The notes under the pieces: generated by a model | Databases searched by the model: none | Seen by the model: the letters and a program-made list of their open reading frames with translations, nothing else | What the model was told of the DNA's origin: nothing | In this document: positions 23,520 to 33,596 of the stretch, one piece after another | Position numbering within the stretch: position 1 is the first letter of the stretch | Layout of the letters: every line of letters begins with the position of its first letter | Virus record (IMG/VR): IMGVR_UViG_3300050123_000043 | Location: 1-64,000 of that record | DNA from: a virus | Taxonomy: Duplodnaviria > Caudoviricetes | DNA length: 64,000 nucleotides | Direction: 5' to 3' (one strand) | Program-made: the position numbers and the translations under genes

Positions 23520-23963
23520 ATGCCAGCAAAGAAAAAAACAAATTTTGTATCTTACGAACTTGCTCGTCTTGATAAATATCTAAAACAACTTACTTCTTAT
23601 CTTGATGCTCATCCTCCCGATAAAATGGAGGATAGAATAGAATGGATTGAAACCCCAAGAGGTGGAGAAATTCCAAAAGTTATTTCCTCAATAGAAACAC
23701 AACTCAAAGTGTTTATGTCTACGCTGGAAAAGCTTCCAAAACTTTTATCAGATGTTAATGCTCTTCGTAAAGAAGTAGAGGGAGGAACAAAAGAAGTTGA
23801 ATTAAGAGGAGGAGCCGAACGCCCAGGGTTTATGGATAATGATGAACAAACAGGAGACGATTTTGAAGATATTCCAAACGATAAAACCCTTCCCCCTTCC
23901 ACTACAGAAGAAATTAAGGACCCGGAGTTTGATGATGAAAATTACTGGCAGGAGGATGATTAA
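23520..23963 (+). CDS. Hypothetical protein upstream of terL (possible terminase small subunit)
   Basis: Start MPAKKK after tRNA-Cys; position; RGG motif and acidic tail. Confidence 0.45.
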   Translation: MPAKKKTNFVSYELARLDKYLKQLTSYLDAHPPDKMEDRIEWIETPRGGEIPKVISSIETQLKVFMSTLEKLPKLLSDVNALRKEVEGGTKEVELRGGAERPGFMDNDEQTGDDFEDIPNDKTLPPSTTEEIKDPEFDDENYWQEDD

Positions 23964-23965
23964 TT

Positions 23966-26068
23966 ATGAGTATAATAACCAGTCCTGAATTTTTTATTAA
24001 TATAAAAAAGATTCCAGATAAAACTTCCAAAGAATATCTGCCTTTCTTCAGGGCAGAAATGAATAAAGTAAAACAAGGTATAACCATTGCTGGAGTAAGG
24101 ATTCCGGGATGGTTATATTGGCATATAAATCACTGGGTAATTGATATAGATGTTCCAGTACAAGGCACAAATATTAATTATGTTGAGCGTAGGCCATCAC
24201 ATCCCTTTTTAAGAGACAATGATTGGATTATTGCAGAGCTTATTGAAAGAGCAGAAAGTTTAAAAAAAGGTGTATTGCTTCTTGGTACTCGTCAGCTTGG
24301 TAAAAGCGAAATAGGAGCTTCTTATAACGGGCGAAGAGGTATTGCTTTTGAAAATAGTCAAAACGTTATTGCTGGTCTTTCTGATCCGGATTTAAAACTT
24401 CTCCTTGGTAAGCTGGATAGAGGATTTACAAATCTTCATTCATACTTTAAACCAATAAAAATAATAAACGACCCCAAAAAAGAAATTATTCTTGGATATA
24501 AAGATCCCCAGGGAGAAAGAGTTAAATATTCTGAATTCCTAATTCGAAATTTAGATTCAGGAAAAAATACTGAAAACTTAGCGGGTCCTACAACTTCTTC
24601 ACTTACTTTGGATGAGTGCGGTAAAGGAGATTTCCTTGAAGCGTTCATTGCTGCTAAACCTGCTCTTGAAACCGCGTATGGTTGGAGAGGTATGCCTTTA
24701 TTTATAGGAACTTCTGGTAGCTTTGATAAGGCTGAGGATCTTCAAAGGTTCCGAGAAAATCTTGACACTTATAATTTTATTGAAGTTGAACTTAAGGATG
24801 AAAAAAAACAGGATATATATTTTATTCCAGGTTGGATGTCTTCTCGTGCAAAGAGAAAAAAGATAAGATTATCTACTTATAAAAAAGTACCCAAGGGAAG
24901 CGAGCTTGATACAATTGCTATTCATGTTGTAGAAAATCCTGAAGAAGAGATACAAAAAATTTTAGATTATAGAGAGTCATTAAAAGTTGCGGGAGAAATA
25001 ACATTGATGAAGAAAGAGACAATGTATTATCCTTTAAATGAAGAGGAGTTATTTTTAATTGACGATAGTGATAATATATTTTCTGATGTAAAAGAAATAT
25101 GTAAAGCTCATTTACTTTATTTGGAAACTATTGAAGTTAGTGAAGAATACGGATGGATGACAAGGGATGATAATGGTAAACCAAAATTCGTTCCAACTAA
25201 GAATGCTTTTCCTATTAAAGACTTTCCTGCTGGAGAACATGAAGATAAAGACGCTCCTATTATTATATGGTCTCATCCAATGGAAGGGCAGGAATTCGGG
25301 ATTTTACATGTAGGTGGAATTGACCCTTATAACCAGGATGAATCATTTTATTCTCCTTCTCTGGGAACCTTATATATCTTCAGACGAACATACGATCCTT
25401 TAAAAGGCAATCATCAAGAATCATTTGTTGCTTCATATTCTGCTCGTACAAAAATTATAAGTAAATGGAGAGAACAAGTAAGACTTCTTTTAGAATATTA
25501 TGGTGCTACCGCTTTACCGGAAAATGAAGAACCTGGTCTTATTCGTTGGTTTGATGAAAAACATATTGGGCATTATCTTGAAGATGGACTTGATCTGGCA
25601 AAGGAAATAAATCCCGGTACTACCAGTAATCGAAACAAAGGATTATCAGCAACTACGGCAAACATAAGATATGGAAATGGTCTTTTAAAATCTCATATTA
25701 ACGAAGATCTTGTTATGGGCCAGAATCCTTTAAGTGGAGAGAATATAATAAAGAAAGGAGTAATCCGGATAAAGGATAAGGTTTTATTAAAGGAGGTAAT
25801 TGCTTATAAACCAGCAATGAGTATTAAAAGTAGGGCAGGAACCTCTTCTAATGCAAGAACCAAAAAGAAGGCTACCAACGTTGACCGGATTGTAGGGGCA
25901 AGACATGCCCTGATCCTGGCAAAGTTAAAAGATAAGTATTTTCCCCTGGCTAGAATAAAGAACCCTCTCTCCACAAATAAGCCTGAAAAAAAGGCTATTA
26001 AAAGTCCTTTTACCGGTATAAATAGTCCTTTCGGATCTCGAAGATTTCCCTTCGGTGGAAAATTATAA
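23966..26068 (+). CDS. terL: Terminase large subunit
   Basis: Walker A GTRQLGKS, Walker B LTLDECG, nuclease GGIDPY and NVDRI. Confidence 0.9.
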   Translation: MSIITSPEFFINIKKIPDKTSKEYLPFFRAEMNKVKQGITIAGVRIPGWLYWHINHWVIDIDVPVQGTNINYVERRPSHPFLRDNDWIIAELIERAESLKKGVLLLGTRQLGKSEIGASYNGRRGIAFENSQNVIAGLSDPDLKLLLGKLDRGFTNLHSYFKPIKIINDPKKEIILGYKDPQGERVKYSEFLIRNLDSGKNTENLAGPTTSSLTLDECGKGDFLEAFIAAKPALETAYGWRGMPLFIGTSGSFDKAEDLQRFRENLDTYNFIEVELKDEKKQDIYFIPGWMSSRAKRKKIRLSTYKKVPKGSELDTIAIHVVENPEEEIQKILDYRESLKVAGEITLMKKETMYYPLNEEELFLIDDSDNIFSDVKEICKAHLLYLETIEVSEEYGWMTRDDNGKPKFVPTKNAFPIKDFPAGEHEDKDAPIIIWSHPMEGQEFGILHVGGIDPYNQDESFYSPSLGTLYIFRRTYDPLKGNHQESFVASYSARTKIISKWREQVRLLLEYYGATALPENEEPGLIRWFDEKHIGHYLEDGLDLAKEINPGTTSNRNKGLSATTANIRYGNGLLKSHINEDLVMGQNPLSGENIIKKGVIRIKDKVLLKEVIAYKPAMSIKSRAGTSSNARTKKKATNVDRIVGARHALILAKLKDKYFPLARIKNPLSTNKPEKKAIKSPFTGINSPFGSRRFPFGGKL

Positions 26069-26173
26069 CAAAACTTAGTGATAATTATAACAAAATTTTG
26101 TGATAATTTGTTATAATTTAAAAATAATTGGTAATTTTGTAGTTACTTTAATTATAATTTGTTATAACTCAAT

Positions 26174-28834
26174 ATGTTACCTGAAAGTACACCAATAGAC
26201 TCGTTACCGGCCCAGATGATTTCTTATAAACAGAAGGTAGCGAAGAGTAAAAAATGGGGTAAGGCTTGCATGGATGCCTTGGAAACGTTAGGTCGTAGAC
26301 AATTCTATGAAAATCTGCGTTTTGTAGAGAACTATCAGATGGTGAATGGTAAATTTATGCCCCACCATTATATTGAGGAAGAAGGCTATAAGGATATGAT
26401 TACCCAGTTGACCAGGGAGTTCGAGATTCCGTCAACATTAAGACATTACGACATTATAGGTAAAGTCATCAATAATCTCACAGAAAAGCTTAGTGAATTC
26501 CCCGATGTATTCCGGGTTGAAGAAATATTCGAATCAGACTTAACGAACGAATATGTCCGTACTCAAACGGATCTTATGCATAAGTCGGTACAGGCCGACA
26601 TTAATAACGAAATAATGGCCCGTTTAGTGGCAGAAGGAATTGATCCCAATAAACAAGATTTTAAATCTGAAGACGAAGCTATGCAGTATCAGAAAGAGAT
26701 TCAGGACCTTAAACAGTCTATGACCCCTCCTCAGATACAGAATTATATGGCTACTTCCTGGCAAAGTCAGGGAGAAATATGGGGGGAACATCAACTTACC
26801 CTGGATCGTCAAAGATATAAACTGGATGATTTGGAACGCAAAGAGTTTAGAGATATGCTCTTTACTGATCGTTGTTTTCGTCATTATTTTCTTACTGCTG
26901 ATGGTTTTGAGCAGGAGACATGGAATCCGTTAAATACTTTTGTTCATCTTTCTCCGGAAGCCGATTGGGTTCAGGACGGAGATTATGTAGGACGTATATT
27001 CTATCTTACAAAGGCAGATATTATTAAAAGATATGGGTGGAGAATGAATGATAAGGATCTGAAGGCCCTGGAATCTTTGGATGCAGATGAGGCTGATAAT
27101 TTAGATTTTAGTGGTTATCCTTATAAAACGTATGCTCCTTTCGCTGATCATAAAGCTTATGACATTATAAGAAGAACAAGCGGTTATGATCCAATTCAGA
27201 ACATACCACTTCTCGGAGATGATACTCTTTTTCAAATAACTAACAATCTTCCTTTCGTAGATCGTCAGGCTGGATTATTTAGAGTAACTGAATCATACTG
27301 GCTTAGTCAAAAGAAAATTTCAAAATGGGTTTATATTGATCAGGAAACAGGGATGTTAACAAAAGATATTGTAGATGAAAATTTTGTTTTATCAGATGGA
27401 GCCGTTGAAGTAAAAGGGGATTATGTAGATGGTAGTGATGTCAATACATTATATACTACCTGGGCAGATGAGCTTTGGTTTGGAATAAAGATTTGTTTTG
27501 CTGTTAAGGATACAGATGCTATTTATCTGGGTCTGGAACCATGCGATTTTCAAATGAGAAGTGATGAAAATCCATTCTTGGCAAAATTGCCTGTATGTGG
27601 ACGTATATTCAATAATCGTAATGCTCAATCAATGTCTTTGGTAGACATGATTAAACCGCACCAGATTGGATATAATATGTGTATGAATCAAGGTTATCAA
27701 ATTCTTGAAAAAGAAATTGGTAAGTTTATGGTTTGGGATGTAGCCTTTTTTAACACATTAAAAGATTGGGGTGGAGAAGATAGTTTCCAGAAAGTGGCAT
27801 TGCTTGCTAAGGAACTCGGTCACGTATTCGGGGATACTTCTCCTACTAATATGAAAGGGGCTAATCCAGGAAATACTTTACCGAAAATGGTAGATATGGA
27901 TCTTACTGCTCAACTTATGAGTCGTATGAAAGTAGCAGATTATTTTGAACAAAAGGCACTTTCACAATTAGGTATTAGTGAACAATTTATAGGGCAAACA
28001 AAGGCTACTGAAACGGCTGAAGGAATAAAGAGTTCCATCAGTCAGACTCAGCTTACTGTTCAGAAATATTATACAGATTTTTTCCAGTATAAACAACAGT
28101 GTCTTTCAATGAATTTAGATATTGCTCAATATGTCCAATCTAAAAATAAAGATTTTACAATTAATTATACTAAATCTGATCAGAGCCGTGTATTTATTAA
28201 GATGCTTGGTACTGATCTTTTGTTAAGAGATCTTCATGTATATGTTGTTAATTCTCAACAACTATTGCAGCAAATGCAACAGTTGAAACAGTTATTCATG
28301 AGTAGTAACACAACAGGAGCTTCACCTCTTGATCTGGCAGAGGTTATTACTGCTACCTCTCCATCAGCTATAAAGGTCAAGCTCAAAGAATCTTTTGAAA
28401 AACAACAGCAGCAACAGCAGCAGGAATTCCAGCAGAAGCAAGATCAGATTAAGGGTGAACAAGACACCGCTATGGAGAAGGAAAATCGCCAGGATAATAG
28501 AAATGATCAAAACAATACAACTAAGATCCAGGTTGCTGAGATTTTGGCTACTAAGGGTTCTACTAAAGAAGCAGCCCCTGAACGTTATGATCAGCAAAGT
28601 CAGGGAGATTATGCCCGGTTCAATGCTAAGGCTCAGATTGATAGCGATAAAACAAATTTGCAGCGTGAACAAAACGAGATTCAAAGAGAAAAGAATACAA
28701 ACGATAAAGTATTAAAAGCTAAAGAATTAGATATAAAGAGGGAAGCAATCGCTGCTAAGAATAGAGAATCTAGTGCAAAAGTTCACGTAGAAAAAATAAT
28801 TCACAATAAGCGTGACCGAAAGACGAAACGATAA
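26174..28834 (+). CDS. Portal protein (crAss-like)
   Basis: 886 aa following terL; LRHYDII, SMSLVD and coiled-coil C-terminus. Confidence 0.85.
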   Translation: MLPESTPIDSLPAQMISYKQKVAKSKKWGKACMDALETLGRRQFYENLRFVENYQMVNGKFMPHHYIEEEGYKDMITQLTREFEIPSTLRHYDIIGKVINNLTEKLSEFPDVFRVEEIFESDLTNEYVRTQTDLMHKSVQADINNEIMARLVAEGIDPNKQDFKSEDEAMQYQKEIQDLKQSMTPPQIQNYMATSWQSQGEIWGEHQLTLDRQRYKLDDLERKEFRDMLFTDRCFRHYFLTADGFEQETWNPLNTFVHLSPEADWVQDGDYVGRIFYLTKADIIKRYGWRMNDKDLKALESLDADEADNLDFSGYPYKTYAPFADHKAYDIIRRTSGYDPIQNIPLLGDDTLFQITNNLPFVDRQAGLFRVTESYWLSQKKISKWVYIDQETGMLTKDIVDENFVLSDGAVEVKGDYVDGSDVNTLYTTWADELWFGIKICFAVKDTDAIYLGLEPCDFQMRSDENPFLAKLPVCGRIFNNRNAQSMSLVDMIKPHQIGYNMCMNQGYQILEKEIGKFMVWDVAFFNTLKDWGGEDSFQKVALLAKELGHVFGDTSPTNMKGANPGNTLPKMVDMDLTAQLMSRMKVADYFEQKALSQLGISEQFIGQTKATETAEGIKSSISQTQLTVQKYYTDFFQYKQQCLSMNLDIAQYVQSKNKDFTINYTKSDQSRVFIKMLGTDLLLRDLHVYVVNSQQLLQQMQQLKQLFMSSNTTGASPLDLAEVITATSPSAIKVKLKESFEKQQQQQQQEFQQKQDQIKGEQDTAMEKENRQDNRNDQNNTTKIQVAEILATKGSTKEAAPERYDQQSQGDYARFNAKAQIDSDKTNLQREQNEIQREKNTNDKVLKAKELDIKREAIAAKNRESSAKVHVEKIIHNKRDRKTKR

Positions 28835-28928
28835 TGCGAGTATATGTCAAAATATAGACTTGCTTTTATAATTTCAAAAACATTATATACTTTTACGATC
28901 TGCTCAACAAATTAAACCAACAAAGAAT

Positions 28929-30272
28929 ATGTTTGACAATTTATCAACTGCGGTAATACCCGCAACCGAAGAAGACATATTATCAGCCTTTGGTGATGAC
29001 CCAAAGGACAAAAAAGATAAGAAACCTGCTGATAAAAATCAAGACCCGAAGGATTCTAAAACAAAGAATCAACCTTCAGGTAAAACCAAAGATAAGAAAA
29101 CCGCATCTTTACCAGAAAATACTGATCTAGTAACAAAGAAAAATACTCTTACTGATTTTTCTGAAAAAGATGACAAAGATGTTTTTGAATCTCAGGATGA
29201 CGATGATGATGATGATGAACCAGAAGAGGATACAACTAAAAAGAAAGTTGTAAAAAAGAAAGACGATGAGGAAGAAACTTCTAATGACGATGATGAGGAT
29301 AATGAAGATAATGAGGATGCAGAAGACGATACTGAAAATAAAATTAATGATGACGATGAGGAAGAAGGTGCTGATGCCGTAGATGAGGAAGCTCAGATAA
29401 AGAATTTTTTGAAGACAAGGGCTGAATTTCTTATAAAGAATGGAGAATGGGTTGATTTTGAAGGTAGTGAAGACGTTGATTGGACTGAAGAAGAATTTGC
29501 TAAGATCGAAATTGATCAAAGAAATTATCAGAAACAACAAATGTCTGATGAAATCCTGGATAGCTTTGGACCAATCGGAAGAGACATTGCTACTTATGCT
29601 CAAAATGGTGGGGACCCTGATAAGCTCATTGATATTTTTAAAGAACAGCAGCGCGTTGAAAATCTTTCAGTTGAAACTGAAGATGGACAAAAAGCTGTAG
29701 TACTTAAGTACCAAACTGAATTCCTTAATCAGAAATCAGAACGTGTAAAAAAATATATTGATTCTCTGATTGCTGATAAAGATCTTGCTGCTGCTGCAAA
29801 AGAAGCTAAAGAAGAAATGGAAGGCATTTTGACTCAACAATCTGATGAATTACAGAAACAACAGGATGCTAAAATAAAATCTCAAAGAGATAACCAGAAA
29901 GCAAGTATTCAAAAGTTTTCAACAGACGTTACTAAACTCATAACAGAGGATGCTAACATTCCTGAAGATGAAAAGAAACAACTGATAAAAGTTCTTACAA
30001 AATACGATAAGAGACTTCCAAATGGAACTCCTGTAAATGAATTTTATCAAATATTTTCAGATTTAAAAAAAGATTTACCTGGTTATATAAAGTTTGTACG
30101 TTTCGCAATAAATCCTGCAAAGTATGAAAAGGCTTTGAAAACAAAAGGTAATAATGAAGCAACCGATAAAGATTTTAAATTGATTCGGACTGCAAATAAG
30201 ATAAAGAAAATTAAATCGAAAGACACCGCTCCTAAAAGCGGAAAGATTGGAACTAAATTCCAGTTATTATAA
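28929..30272 (+). CDS. Acidic scaffold-like protein
   Basis: D/E-rich low-complexity and coiled-coil sequence between portal and MCP. Confidence 0.55.
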   Translation: MFDNLSTAVIPATEEDILSAFGDDPKDKKDKKPADKNQDPKDSKTKNQPSGKTKDKKTASLPENTDLVTKKNTLTDFSEKDDKDVFESQDDDDDDDEPEEDTTKKKVVKKKDDEEETSNDDDEDNEDNEDAEDDTENKINDDDEEEGADAVDEEAQIKNFLKTRAEFLIKNGEWVDFEGSEDVDWTEEEFAKIEIDQRNYQKQQMSDEILDSFGPIGRDIATYAQNGGDPDKLIDIFKEQQRVENLSVETEDGQKAVVLKYQTEFLNQKSERVKKYIDSLIADKDLAAAAKEAKEEMEGILTQQSDELQKQQDAKIKSQRDNQKASIQKFSTDVTKLITEDANIPEDEKKQLIKVLTKYDKRLPNGTPVNEFYQIFSDLKKDLPGYIKFVRFAINPAKYEKALKTKGNNEATDKDFKLIRTANKIKKIKSKDTAPKSGKIGTKFQLL

Positions 30273-30291
30273 AAAGTAAAAGCAGAATAAT

Positions 30292-31944
30292 ATGTCAACT
30301 TTCTCTCTCCCAAGTTTCGCCTCACAGAATGGCTATACCGTCATTGCTCGCCATAAAATGGATTGGGGCAAATTTACAGACAGTAATCACATCTATCAGG
30401 CTCTTGGACAGCAAGCGTTCATTGATAACCTGGGGTTAGTAACTCCTTTTAATCAGTATGGTTTGGTGAATACACCAATTCTTAATCTGATTAATGTTAA
30501 GAAATCCGCATTATATCTGGATAATGTTGAAGGTAAATTTCGCTTCCAGATGCCGTATAAGCGCGGTCTTCCTTATGTTGTTGACACGTTTTATACAAGT
30601 ACTATTGAAAGACCAGGATTAGACGGTGCTCGTTTTATCATTAAATTGAGCGAACCATATACTAATGGTGATGTAATAAGCACAGATCTTCGTAATTCTC
30701 CTTCCTTGGTTGTAACTGAAGAAGAAGTTGTTTACGAACAAGATGGTTGGTTACATACTGTAGAAGTTGCTTCTCAGAATCGTAAGAATACTTACTACTC
30801 TAAGAAATGGCTTAAACCTGGATCACAGTTCATTAAAATTGATCACGCTATTGACGAATATTCTTCTCAAGGATCTTCTGTAACTTCTCAACGTTTAGGT
30901 TGGTTAGAAATGGAAGCAAATCTTGGTTCTGGAGAACGTAAAGTTGAACACTGGATTACTTTGCAAGGTGCTATCATGGCCCTGGCTGCTGACGATAAAT
31001 TGAAATCAAAAATCAATGGTCAGTATGACTTAACAAGTCTTGGTTCTATCCTGGCATTCTTTAATAAAGATAAGAAAGGTAAAAATATTCCTGGCTCTGG
31101 TTCATGGCTGGCTACTATTGATGCAATGGTACTTGCCGAACTTATGGCAATGCAGGAAATGAGTTTCATGTGGGGTAAAGGTGGTGAAGTAAGAGTTTCT
31201 GGTCGTAAGACTGTTAAACTTGGACTTGGTATCTACGAACAGTTGCGTACCGGTAACAGAATCACTTATTCTCGTGGACGTTTGAATTTGGATTTGATTG
31301 ATGCTGCAATTGCGAATTTGTACCGTGGTACAGGTATTCCAGTTGAAGATCGTAGAACAACTTTGGAAGTTGGTAGTGGTTTCTTAACTGAAATCTCTAA
31401 GCTTATCCAGTTGGAAGCTACAAGTAAAAATATTGGTATTATCAACTCTGATCAGTTGGGTATCGTTTCTGGTAAGGACCCGATGAATTTAACTTTTGGT
31501 TTCAGATTTACCTCATTGAGGTTCCCGAATGCCGGTCTAGTTGAATTCCGTTTGAACCAGGCTTTTGATACTGAATATGGACTTCGTAACACTGATCGTC
31601 TGTATGGTGAATTCCCTGACTATTCTTATTCAGCGGCTATTCTGGACGTAACTGATGCAAGGGCTTCAAACTCTGCAAAGAAATTTGAAAAGAATGACAT
31701 CCGTAACGCTACAGATTTTAACAAAGAAAGTAATTTCTATCTTGTTAAGCCACGCGCTGCATCTGAAGATTATTGGGGTTATATAGCTGGATCTGTTTCT
31801 CCTTATGGTCTATCAAGAACTAAGGGTGCTCTTCACGCTTCTAATAGACCTGGTTATGGTATGTTTGCTTACAACTTTGGTAACGTTTGGGTTAAAGATC
31901 CATCACGTACACTGTTGATTGAAATTGACGAACCTACGTTCTAA
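30292..31944 (+). CDS. Major capsid protein (crAss-like)
   Basis: 550 aa, biased codon usage, GLGIYEQL and WVKDPSR motifs, position, downstream hairpin. Confidence 0.85.
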   Translation: MSTFSLPSFASQNGYTVIARHKMDWGKFTDSNHIYQALGQQAFIDNLGLVTPFNQYGLVNTPILNLINVKKSALYLDNVEGKFRFQMPYKRGLPYVVDTFYTSTIERPGLDGARFIIKLSEPYTNGDVISTDLRNSPSLVVTEEEVVYEQDGWLHTVEVASQNRKNTYYSKKWLKPGSQFIKIDHAIDEYSSQGSSVTSQRLGWLEMEANLGSGERKVEHWITLQGAIMALAADDKLKSKINGQYDLTSLGSILAFFNKDKKGKNIPGSGSWLATIDAMVLAELMAMQEMSFMWGKGGEVRVSGRKTVKLGLGIYEQLRTGNRITYSRGRLNLDLIDAAIANLYRGTGIPVEDRRTTLEVGSGFLTEISKLIQLEATSKNIGIINSDQLGIVSGKDPMNLTFGFRFTSLRFPNAGLVEFRLNQAFDTEYGLRNTDRLYGEFPDYSYSAAILDVTDARASNSAKKFEKNDIRNATDFNKESNFYLVKPRAASEDYWGYIAGSVSPYGLSRTKGALHASNRPGYGMFAYNFGNVWVKDPSRTLLIEIDEPTF

Positions 31945-31952
31945 TAAAGAGA

Positions 31953-31981
31953 AGGAGGGTATCCGGATAGGTAACCCTCCT
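31953..31981 (+). terminator. Hairpin after the MCP gene
   Basis: AGGAGGGT...ACCCTCCT; weak U-tract. Confidence 0.5.
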
Positions 31982-32017
31982 GTACACTCTTTCATATAAT
32001 AAAAAAACAACAACAAA

Positions 32018-32884
32018 ATGGAATCTAAGATTATCATTAAACAAGTGGCTAATCCTGATAACCCACAGTTATCAGCAAAGTATGTTGGAGCAAAAGAATA
32101 TGCTACTCCAAAAACAGGTAAGGATGGAAAAATAATTACAGGGTTTGATGAAAACTCTTATGAAATTTTAAGTAATCCTGATGATGATACTAAAAAGAAA
32201 CAATCTGTTATAAAAAAGCAGAGAGAGGAACTTGAAAGACTTTTAAATGTTTCATTGACTACGGATTCGTCTTTTTGGAATGAGTTCTTTATAGTTCTTG
32301 AAGATGAAAGGACTCTTGATCCTTTGAATCCAAGGGATATTCTTCATGAGAAGTTTTTACTAGCCAATAAATATGTGGCTCCTTCTTTTGAAGCTGTTAG
32401 GACTGATCCTGAATATTTTAATTGTTTATTCTATATTTATAGAGAAAAAGAAGAGACAGCAAAGAAAGCCCAGGATCAACGTAAAGTTGATAAAGCGACT
32501 GCAATTCTTTCTAATCTTAGTGAGGAAAATCCGAATAAATTACAACAAGTTAGTGCTGATATATTTGGTTATGATGCTCATGAGATTTCGCCTGATGCTG
32601 CTTATATTAAACTTAAAGAGTATTTAGAAGCTTCTGATGAAACACTTCAGAAATTAAATATAGCTCGTTTCTTACTAACAGTCCAAAAGACTCCAGAAGA
32701 AATAGCAATAAAAAAGATTTTGGATAAAGGTTTAAAAAAGAGATTTGTTACTTCCAAAGGTAATGTATACCGTAGAGGGGATCTTATTTATGGAAATAAT
32801 TATGACGAAGCTCTGGAGTTTTTAGGATCACCGGAAAACTCTGGTGAATTGATTTCCTTGCAAAAGCAAACGGATAGAGCCTAA
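32018..32884 (+). CDS. Conserved crAss-like protein following MCP
   Basis: FWNEF..LDPLNPRD; synteny. Confidence 0.6.
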   Translation: MESKIIIKQVANPDNPQLSAKYVGAKEYATPKTGKDGKIITGFDENSYEILSNPDDDTKKKQSVIKKQREELERLLNVSLTTDSSFWNEFFIVLEDERTLDPLNPRDILHEKFLLANKYVAPSFEAVRTDPEYFNCLFYIYREKEETAKKAQDQRKVDKATAILSNLSEENPNKLQQVSADIFGYDAHEISPDAAYIKLKEYLEASDETLQKLNIARFLLTVQKTPEEIAIKKILDKGLKKRFVTSKGNVYRRGDLIYGNNYDEALEFLGSPENSGELISLQKQTDRA

Positions 32885-32887
32885 AAA

Positions 32888-33568
32888 ATGACAGTACAAG
32901 AATTATATAAGAGATTTTTATTAATGCTTAATAAAAATGATACCAATGAAGGTATCAATATTGCACCAGGGGTGTTTGTTCTTTTATATAATTCTGAAAT
33001 GTTGAGATGGTTAGATGAGGAATTAAAGAAGGATGAGGATAACATAGATGTAAATAAGATTGAATTTTTATATCAAGGTGATTTTCCTGTAGTTCCGTCT
33101 GGCCCTCCAGATAAAAGAAAAAAGTTCATTGAATTTACACTACCGGTTGATTTCTTCCAACTTTATGGATCTTATTCTTATGCTGATAAGGGAGATTGTA
33201 AAGGTGTTATAATTTGGAATTGGGAAAAGAAACCAGGTGAAAATATTGCTGCTCGTTCTGATGAAAATAGTAAACCTTCATTTGATTATCAAGAAGCACC
33301 ATTCGTGGTTGGTGCTGATAAGATGAAGATTTATTTTGATGATTATATTGTTAAAGATACATTCATAAATTATTACAGAACAGCAAGAAAGATTGATATA
33401 AAAGGATATATACATTTTGATGGAACTGCATCAGTGAATATTGATCCAGAATTAGATGATGATCTAACAATGGAGATACTTGAAAGAACGGTTTTGGAAG
33501 TAACTAGAGAGATTGTAGATGCAGAAGGGTTTCAACTTGCAAAAGACCGTAAAGACGAAAAATATTAA
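32888..33568 (+). CDS. Putative ring/head-tail adaptor protein
   Basis: MTVQEL..LNK, LPVDF, KPSF and YYR motifs; synteny. Confidence 0.6.
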   Translation: MTVQELYKRFLLMLNKNDTNEGINIAPGVFVLLYNSEMLRWLDEELKKDEDNIDVNKIEFLYQGDFPVVPSGPPDKRKKFIEFTLPVDFFQLYGSYSYADKGDCKGVIIWNWEKKPGENIAARSDENSKPSFDYQEAPFVVGADKMKIYFDDYIVKDTFINYYRTARKIDIKGYIHFDGTASVNIDPELDDDLTMEILERTVLEVTREIVDAEGFQLAKDRKDEKY

Positions 33569-33596
33569 GAATTTTAATAATTAAATTTAGATTAAC